In this document: positions 55,113-64,000 of the stretch, in pieces
How positions within the stretch are numbered: the stretch's first letter is position 1
How the letters are laid out: each line of letters begins with the position of its first letter
NCBI GenBank assembly: GCA_013265495.1
Contig: MU058844.1
Location: 10,190,184-10,254,183, forward strand
Origin: Vicugna vicugna
Taxonomy: Eukaryota
Reading direction: 5' to 3'
DNA: 64,000 nt
Translations under genes and position numbers: made by a program
Notes under the pieces: model-generated
Told to the model about the DNA's origin: nothing
The model's database searches: none
What the model saw: only the letters and a program-made list of their open reading frames with translations

Positions 55113-55491
55113 TAAAATACCATATGAGATCGCTCATATGTGGAATCTAAAAAACAAAAACAAACAAACAAACAAAAANNNNNNNNNNNNNNNNNNNNNN
55201 NNNNNNNNNNNNNNNNNNNNNNNNNNNNNNNNNNNNNNNNNNNNNNNNNNNNNNNNNNNNNNNNNNNNNNGGAAGGGATAGACTGGGATTTCAAAATTGT
55301 AGAACAGATAAACAAGATTACACTGTATAGCACAGGGAAATATACACAAAATGTTATGATAAATCACAGAGAAAAAAATGTGACAATGAGTGTGTATATG
55401 TCCATGTATGACTGAAAAATTGTACTGAACACTGGAATTTGACACAACACTGTAAAATGATTATGAATCAATAAAAATGTAAAAAAAAAAA
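55113..55491 (+). mobile_element. Young 5'-truncated L1, same subfamily as 43939-44153, spanning an assembly gap
   Basis: 'aaataccatatgagatcgctcatatgtggaatctaaaaa', then the gap, then a 3' UTR roughly 95% identical by eye to the 43939 copy. A tail at 55481-55491. Confidence 0.9.
55179..55270. other. Assembly gap (92 N)
   Basis: Run of N. Confidence 1.
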
Positions 55492-56437
55492 GTGAATTAT
55501 TTTCTCAGGATCTCTGCTCATTTTCTTAGGGTCACCACTATTTTTTCCAGGAGCTCTGAAATGCTTAGTATAGTTGCATCACATGAGCTCTTCTTACTCC
55601 TGTGCAAAGAAAACATTGCCAATAACATACATTAGTTCCTCTTTTTTTCAGCAGTTGTGAGTTTTGACGTTACTTGGTTATAGGTAGCCGTCTACATTTT
55701 ACAGGGCATAATTTCTCTAATCATTCTTTTTCTCATATTGGAAGCTTTATGACCTTAAAAATAGCTGGAAAATAAGCATTACTCATAAAACTGGAACAGA
55801 TGTTGCAGAATCCACACACTTAAGCACAAGTACTTTAATTTACGTAGAAGTACTCACATAGTTTCTGTGTACTCTTTATTTTAGGCTCAGATTTTTTTAA
55901 TGTTTAGCAATTAAGCGTTACAAATTAAAATGAAGACAGGAAGCTATCAGGTAGTTTTAAAAGGTGACAGATGGAAGCAAGAAAGAAGGAAGAAATCCTA
56001 TTAAAAGCAAACGATTCCCAAAAAGCATGCTAAGTATCATTTTAGCTGTACGCTACTGGCTGCAGGGACATTGTTACATAACATCGAGTTTAATAGTTGA
56101 TATCTAATGAGTTAAAAGAGAGAAATAAAATTACATCTTTTGATACTTGTTTAAAATGACGAGGAATGTGTAACAGACGTTAGGAAGATTTCCATCGAAA
56201 GTTGTTTGTTTTTTAAGGAATTTTCTGTGATGTGTATAAACTTTTTATATATTTTAACTGAATTTGATCATGTTTTGCAGGAACACTTTTGTGATTATCT
56301 GCAAGAATATATTTAAGTGAAACTAGAATAAAAAAATAAGAACTCTTTTGTGGTAGTTTAGTACCTATGTTTTGTGTATTTTAAGGTTGGTAGCTTTGAC
56401 TGTTGCCTAGGCATTTCTATCCATGGGAATCCCAAAG

Positions 56438-56447
56438 CCTTATATGG
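56438..56447. promoter_or_regulatory. Consensus CArG box (candidate SRF site)
   Basis: CCTTATATGG. Confidence 0.4.
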
Positions 56448-59149
56448 TCAAGACTTAGCTTTTAGACTTTCAGTGAAATGCAAGGCACCACTCCAAAAAA
56501 AAAAAAAAAGCTGGCTTTCACTTTGTCTTCAGTGCTCTCTTCTTGGCTGCCTTTAGTACCACAGTAGCTAAATTACTAAGAACCTTATGTGCATTGGGCG
56601 TCTGTCTTACTAGTTGAAGGAATTCCTTTTGTGGCAGTAGTTTTATGCTAGAATGCTAATGTTATTTTTAACAAAACATTACATGATATTGGTTATATAA
56701 TTTGACTTTTTTAAAAAAGAAACTTAAAAGCAGTTTTGGTTTACTTTATTTCACTAAAGGAGAAGGAAAGGGATCATATCTGCATGTAGTACAATTAGAA
56801 AATTCAAGTTTCATTAATGGCAGGAATTAGGGAAAGTGAAAGTCAAGTTATTAATTGCTTGGAGTCTTTCCTATCTTGAAACTCTTGCTACCTAACTAGG
56901 GGACCAGGTGAAAAAGGTGTAAACATTCAAGAGCAGCAGTGATAGCCAAAAAATGGCTGCTAAACCAGTAACTTATCTCTTCTCTGGTATCTTACTCAGC
57001 TCTAGTCATCTTTTTGCTTTGAAGAATGTGATTTTTCTGAGTGATCTGGGAGTGTCATTCTTGTATGTTTAACCGCTAGATGGTTTAATACTTTGTAGAT
57101 ACTAGAGTTCTTCATATCAGTTATACATTTTTCATGTAAAAAAAGGGAAGGTATTATTTTCCCTATCATAAGAAGATTGCAAAGTGTTCCATAAGTTACC
57201 CACTGTAGTAATATGACATGGAAAAATTAATTTCTCTGATACTGTCGTCTACAGGTAACAAAGATTCAGCAACCTATTTCTGAGTCCTACCTGTGAAGCT
57301 AAATCATACTTGTAGGTTCTGCCATTCAACATTTGGTTACTGCCTAGTGCAGTCTAGGTACTATACTGTGAACACATAATGGAGTTCTAGCCTTTAAGAA
57401 CTCATAGTATAGTGGAACCACAGGCACAGGAGAGGAAAATTAATGCAGACATAGGATATGTGGGTGGATTAATATAACATAATATTTTATGTTTGTTAGG
57501 ACAGATTTATTCACTGTGTTACAGAAAATGGAAGGAGTAAGTGATTTAACTGTAACTACCTGAACATAAGACTGGGGAAGTTATCAGAAATAAAGGACTA
57601 AGATGGTTAAAAGAAGACTAAATTGAGGCGCAATCTATATGGTCCAGTAGTGCCTAACATTACTCATGGGTACCCTCTGTCTTCATGAGAACTCCCTGAC
57701 TAGTTAATTTATCAGAAGGAATTGAATTTTTATCATCAGAGTACTTTGCTTGGCAACTGGACTCAACCCCCTCCTCCCACCACCCTGCTTTTTTGTGATG
57801 GAGCCTAAGAATGTGCTTTTGTAGGGTTTTTAGCACTGGATTTTGTTTTATCTAAAGATCCTTTGTCACATCTGTCTCAGCAGAATTTTATAGCTTCTGT
57901 CTGTCTGGCAGAGATGCCTATGTGTGTCAGAGTCTTACAGGTAGCTGGAGAACCATCCCAAAAGGCGAAAATTTCACTTGTAACATATTGAGTTAGCCTA
58001 CTTTAGATAAACAATAAAAAAATTTTATAAAAATCTTTCAGAAGTTTCTGGATTCTATGTAGTTATTGGTGCACAAAATCTGCTTACAAAGTTTTTCCTT
58101 AAAGGTAAAAAAAAAATGTAAAATTATGAAATTAGTTCATTATTGATTTTCTATGAGAGAGACTTGGAATACGGTGCAGTTGTATACTCATTTATCATAT
58201 TACAGATACATTGTATTTATGGGACAGTGGTTTCTAGACTGCCTTCACGTGGACGTAAAAATAGATTTTGGTGATAAAAATAGATGTCAGTAGGAAAAGG
58301 GACTTGTTGAAAGTTCTGCAGTAAAGAAATCTGTTTAATCCAGTATTTCCTAAATTTAATTTTATGAAAGACCATTTATTAACCTTTTCGTTTTAGTAGC
58401 TTCATGGAAACTGTTTGGGAAATACTAAAGTAAGTTTTTGTGATAAATTGCTTTCAGGAGGGCTCCATACTAACAGTTGTTCCCAGAGACACATTGAAAA
58501 TTTCAACATTTTTATTTCTATCTTATTGCTTTCTCTTTTGACTAATGATCTACATCTGAAGGAGTGTCAAAACTAGAATCTGTGAAAATAAAAGTACTAG
58601 CATCTTTTTACAACAGCTTAGGGAAAATGATCAAATGAATGAATTGTGCAACAGAATATTGTACATATCCTTTTCCCTCAGTGCAAAGGAATGTATAAAA
58701 GCTGACTTTTTTCTTCTTGCTATTCATATGCTGCCTCTCAAAAATAAATACTGAAAGAATAATAGTTTTTATTACTTTTATTAGGATAGCTCTAGTTAGT
58801 TAGAAAGTTATTCTTTTATACCTTTTTACTCATCAAGCATGAGTACTGACACATTATCAGGGGATTATTGTTTATTCTGAAGTTGTAATTTCAGATTGCT
58901 TGGCATATTTAAGAAATGGAGGGTGGTTCAGTATGATTAGAACTTTGAATTTGTGGAAATATAGATAGGTCTAAATTTAGGTGTCAGCTTAAAGGACTAA
59001 CTGATGACATTTAAGAGGAGTTGAAATACAGGAGAAAAAACAGATTAGAGATTAAGTAGAGAAGGGAACATGATGTTTGGATACACAAATTGAAGCAGTG
59101 AAAACTGATGTAAATACCTTCTGCTTGCATCAAGCATTCAGCAGTTTAG

Positions 59150-59660
59150 CTGTTATCTATCTCTGCATAACAGATTACCCTTACATTTAAAATACCGAAC
59201 ATTTATTATCTCAGTTTTTCTATGATTAAGGAATTTGGATGTAGTTTAGCTAGGTACTTCCATTGACTTCAAGCTGTTAGCCTGTACTTCATCTCCTCTG
59301 AAGGCTTAACTTGGGATGGGGGAGGGGGAGAGATCCACTTCAAAGCTCAGTCCTGTGATTATTGGCAGGTCTTGCTTCCTTGCCACTTGGGCCTCTTAAC
59401 AAGACTGCCTCTTGACACTGTGGTTGAGTTTCTCCCAGGTTGTGAGCATTCCAGCAGAGAGCAAGAGAAAGTTCATGCCAAGATGGAAGCTACAATCTTT
59501 TAATAACCTAATCTCAAGAGTGACATCCCATCACTTCTACCTTATTTAGTTTGTTAGAAGCAAGACACATGGTCCATCCCACACTCAAGAGGAGGATTTC
59601 ACAAGGGTGTGATCTACTATGACACAGGGATCATTGCTATCTTAGAAGCTACCTACTAAA
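59150..59660 (-). mobile_element. MaLR (MLT1-family) solo LTR
   Basis: Contains 'tctgcataacagattaccc', 'acatttattatctcag', 'gtgacatcccatcacttctacc' and 'tcttagaagctacctact'. Confidence 0.75.
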
Positions 59661-60998
59661 AGCAACAAATTAAAATAATTTTTATGATGTTTTACATCCC
59701 TCAGTTTATATTAATATAAATACTTAACAATTGGTTTATATTTACATTTGCTCACTAGAAACTGTTTATTTCTCCTTTTCTTACTGTTCAACAAAATACT
59801 TAAAAATCAATTATATATTTCCTTTTTTTTTTTTCCCCTGCTCTCCACTCGAGTGTTTGGTGCTCCTCTTTGTGACCTGAAAGTATTAACTCCTGCTTCT
59901 TCTACAGTCTTCCATGAATGGTCCCAGAAATGCAGAGTAGCCTGGTAGTCTAAAATGGAAAATAGTATTTGGTTAAAATAACCAAAGAAATAAGATTTTT
60001 TTTCCCTCAGGACCCAGACTCATATTCTTAACTTACTCATTTTCACTCTTTTCTCCCCTAATCTCATTTGGTTAGCTGTTTTATTATTTCTACTTTGCTA
60101 GAATTCATAATAGTTACATTATTTTTGGTTTACTTGTTACGACTTTTGACTCCTCTGTCTTTATTTCTGAATTTATTTTAATTGGTTAGATTTATTGTTA
60201 AATAGTTTATCATCTGACCTTCTGATCTCATGCTGTATTCAGTACATTGGTAAGTAGAACCAGAGTATGGGGCGTTCCCTTTAGCTTGTCAAATTGCATT
60301 TTCTTCTCCACTGCTTTCTCTACCTGGATTTTTGCATACTTTCAGACTTTTTTTTTTTTTCTTCCCCTTTATTTTGTTTCCCCTTTCTTAAACACTCATA
60401 GCCCTCCAGGTTTGACATAGACTTTTCTGATCACGTTTTACATATGCTGTTTGTGCCTTGCTGTATATTTCTCTAGCTTTGGTTACCAAGGATATCAGTG
60501 GTTTTCAGTCTAGGGTGTTTTTACAGTTTAGATAGGGAACCTCTTTAAAGTGGAAATTCTTGAGCACCATTCTCAGAGATTCTGATTTCTCCTCTCTTTC
60601 TCCCAAATCTGGGTTAAGTAGTTTGGTCCATAGCATTTATCATAGCTCTTGTTATTGTTTGTTTAGTTATCTTTCTTGCTTGCTGGACTCTATAAGTTTT
60701 ATAAGTATAGAAATCTGGTCTATGTCCTTCACTGGTGTGTTCCTAGCAGCTCGCATGGTGTCTGGCTGTAGTTGGCATTTAATAAATATTCATTGAATCA
60801 TCAAAGAGTCTGTGCTCTTTACTGGCCACATATATTGCTGAACACTGAAGAAGTTCATCAGGAGACAATTAGATAGCTAACAACCGTATGAATTTTTTGT
60901 TTTGTTTTTGAAAACCAGAAGAATTTTATGTCCTTACTATAAATTCTGGAAAATAATTCAATGATTTAGACTTCTATTAATTAACATTTTGGCATATA

Positions 60999-61502
60999 CA
61001 GGTGTACCTTGGAGATATTGTAGGTTCGGTTCTAGACCACCATAGTAAATATCAAAATATAGCAAGTCACACAAATTTTTTGGTTTACTAGTGCATATAA
61101 AAGTTGTATTTACACTATGCTATAGTCTATTAACTGTGAAATAGCATTATGCTTAGAATAATTATACATAGTTTAAAAAATACTTTACTGCTAAAAAATG
61201 CTAACCATCATCTGAGCCTTCAGCAAGTCATAATCTTTTTGCAGTATTAACATCAAAGATCACTGATCACAGATCACCTTAACAAATATGATAATAATGA
61301 AAAATTTTGAAAATTTATGCAAAATACCAAAATGTAACACAGAGTCACAAAGTGAGGAGGAGGAAAAATGGCCTTGATAGACTTGCTTGATATAGGGTTG
61401 CCACAGACCTTCAGTTTGTAAAAAGTGCAGTGTCTGCAGTATAAAAAATGCAATATCTGTGAAGCACAATGAAGTAAAGCACGGTAAAACAAGGTATGCC
61501 TG
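60999..61502 (-). mobile_element. Internally deleted Tigger1-family (TcMar) DNA transposon
   Basis: TIRs CAGGTGTACCTTG and CAAGGTATGCCTG (11/13), flanked by TA at 60997-60998 and 61503-61504. Both subterminal regions resemble the Tigger1 ends. Confidence 0.88.
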
Positions 61503-62614
61503 TATTCTTCCAGACTCTTGTTAAGGAATATCAGTGGTGAGAATTGAATCATATCGTATGTACGCTTTTGTAACCTATTGTTGTTTTTAGTTTAATTGAA
61601 TCAGATAGTATGTAGAAGCTTTTATTTCTTCCCCTGAAACTGAATTATTTTCTTAGTGTATATCCATCAATTAATCCCCTCTAGGTCAGTGTGTGACCAT
61701 GTCTGATAAAAGAATTCAACAAGGAAAACAGCTACCTGTTAACTACCTTTCTATCTCCACAGCTCAGACAGTAATGAAACCTGGCAAGAGATTTATTTTC
61801 TATAAAAAGGTTTCTTTGACTCATCTCTGCTCACATAGTGGCTTTTGCTTTATTAATGCTGTGTTGCTTTTAAATTGCATAGTATTTTTCTTCTTTATCT
61901 GCTTATTTTCATAATTAGATTATAAGCATCCTGAGGACAGTTCTGTAACATGCTCATTAAGAAAAATTTGAGTAGCACTGTTACGTATTGTGGGGTATAT
62001 AAGGCAGATTTCTGTTCTTAAGTGACTATAATCCAGTTGTGAGAAAAGGCTGGAACACATGAAACAACAGTAAAGGCAGCATGTCTCACACAGTACTTTG
62101 TACAGTTTTATGTAAACATATACACACTAGGTCTTGAATCCTGCTCATTAACAAGAAGTTAGCATTTTATTTTGGTTCATTCTACGTATATTTATTATGT
62201 ACTTGCTGTATGCCAGGCACTGTACCTCAAGGAAACAAAAAGAATATACTTTTTCGTTCTGAGCCTTCACCAAAGTGGATGGTTCAATGCTTTATACATG
62301 GTAGGCAATCAATAAAAATTACTCATCAGAGAATGATCCTGGAGTTTAATTTCTTCTATCCCTAAGGATTCTAAATTCTAGAAGTAATACTCTTCTCTCA
62401 CTAAGTTTCCAGAAAATATTTTGCCTCCAGAGATATAGGTTTAACTTACTACTTTATATATCTTTGTCAGTAAAGAAGATACCAGCTGTGTAATGAGTAG
62501 ATATAGTGCATGTTTTAATCTTTGAATAATTGTGGTTTCCAGTTTTTGGCATTCTCATTCAAATACTTAGTACGTATTGGGTTAAGTATGAATATCTAAG
62601 CAGTACATAGATTA

Positions 62615-62973
62615 TATTCAGCCCTCTTCCATATTCAGAGATTCAGCCAACCAAGGATTGAGAATATTCCCACTCCCCCCCATTCCAGAAAGTTGCAAAA
62701 TGTTGAAGTTGTGGCATACTGGCAACTATTTACATAGCATTTACATTGCACTTAAGACTATTAATGTAGCATTTACATTGTATAGGTATGATAAGTAATC
62801 TAGAGATAATTTAAGTTTACATACATAGGTTTACATACATAAGTTTACATACATGTACATAGGTTATGACACGTACTACCCCATTTTATATAAGAGACTT
62901 GAGCATCCACAGATTTTGATATTTGTTGGGGGGATCCTGGAACCAGTCCCTCATGGATACCAATTGATGACTA
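62615..62973 (-). mobile_element. MER2-like (TcMar-Tigger) MITE
   Basis: 'ccattttatataagagacttgagcatccacagattttgatat...ggatcctggaaccagtccctcatggatac' is the reverse complement of the MER2 5' end. It contains a short internal (gtttacatacata) expansion. Confidence 0.8.
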
Positions 62974-63599
62974 TTTTCTCCTAGAAACTTTCTTTTTGGG
63001 GAGGGGGTGGTTCAAAAATGGTTTTTTAGTTTTTTTAATAGTCTCTTTGGCTTGTCCAGTTCATTTAATCCACAAATATATATTGGATCTTCTCCTTGTC
63101 AGACATCGTGTCTCTTACAGTTCTCTCTAGGATGCTATATATACGTAAGTCTATATTTTTCTTAATATGAATGAAGAATTTCCCATGCTCTATCTGTTGT
63201 GTATAATCTATGTTTTGAATATATTTTTCTAATCATTTTATCTTTTGAATGTGTGATTTATTATAATACCAGATTTTAATTTTTATGTCTAGATTTCCCG
63301 TCTGCTTATATGATAAGAGAGCAGAAAGGCCAAAAAAAGTCTAAACTTATATGCAATGCTGAACTTGTTACTTGTTTTTGTAATTAAATTTAATAGATGA
63401 TCTAAGATTATACATGCTCATATATTTGCCCATCTCAGTACAAGACTAAGGTATTTATTTATTATTTAGTATAGAAGTACTGACTGGAGTTCATTGTTTT
63501 TCTTGTATAAACATTTATAATTCCTCCTTTGATATGTCCAAATTCAATTTTTGCAAGCTAAATTTTATGATTTAGCATATGGATTATATATTGACATAA

Positions 63600-63830
63600 A
63601 TATAATAGCACCCACTATTTGACACGTACAAGTCTAAGTGCTTTATATATTAATTCATTTAATCCTCATAGTAAATTTTTGAGGTAGGTACTATTATTAT
63701 CCTCATTTTCCAGAGGAAACTGTAGCACAGAGGACATTACATAATTGACCTAATGACAACCAGCCTACTGGCAGAACTGGATTAATCCCAGACAGTCTGG
63801 CTCTAGAGTCTGTACTTTTAACAAAACCAC
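63600..63830 (-). mobile_element. MIR SINE, near full length
   Basis: Contains 'tcatttaatcctcata...gaggtaggtactattattatcctcattttccagaggaaactgtagcacagagg...cccagacagtctggctctagagtc'. Confidence 0.85.
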
Positions 63831-64000
63831 TGTCATGAAAAGGAATATAAAAGTGCTAGAATTTATTTCAAATGCTACTAACTTTGTAATTTTGGTTTTA
63901 CTTAATTGAATTATATAGTTGCTGAACACATTGGTTTTTATCTCTTCTAGGAATGAAATTTAATGATTTTTCAACCTCCACATGCCCCACCCAAAATCTG

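Larger units (their letters stand above)
26064..64000 (+). other. PPP1R12A: PPP1R12A intron 1 (partial, continues beyond the window)
   Basis: GT donor at 26064. I saw no sequence encoding the expected continuation (ACIDDNVDMVKFLVENG...). Confidence 0.85.

Noticed and set aside
43880..55445. Similar minus-strand ORFs MSNSSVQ... at 43880-44101 and 55134-55445
   Set aside because: They are antisense translations of L1 3' UTRs from one subfamily.
48726..62865. Short direct repeats (48726-48775, 62810-62865) as CRISPR-like arrays
   Set aside because: They have no unique spacers, only 2-4 adjacent units, and a eukaryotic context; they are slippage repeats.
26064..64000. Exon 2 or a nested protein-coding gene in the intron
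   Set aside because: I saw no ankyrin-repeat continuation or credible ORF. The short ORFs are AT-rich or repeat-derived. Small non-coding exons cannot be excluded by eye.

Overview
This is mammalian genomic DNA, not microbial. A tRNA-derived SINE resembling camelid Vic-1 suggests a camelid, which is an inference. The window holds the 5' end of PPP1R12A (MYPT1, myosin phosphatase targeting subunit 1) on the + strand: about 25 kb of repeat-rich upstream DNA, a CpG-island promoter (~25300-26250), the first coding exon (ATG 25827 to the donor after 26063, 79 codons) and about 38 kb of intron 1. I did not find exon 2. The rest is mostly transposon fossils (L1, L2, L3/CR1, MIR, MaLR LTRs, hAT-Charlie, Tigger), several nested and with readable target-site duplications (TSDs). 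The most unusual structure is a near-perfect 2.3-kb head-to-tail duplication (19126-21425 / 21427-23727) ending 2.1 kb upstream of the start codon. It is either a very recent copy-number variant or an assembly artefact. I found no convincing evidence of a new biological system; the findings are candidate regulatory or structural leads. Repeat family names come from remembered consensus sequences, and boundaries are approximate unless TSDs or terminal inverted repeats (TIRs) are quoted.
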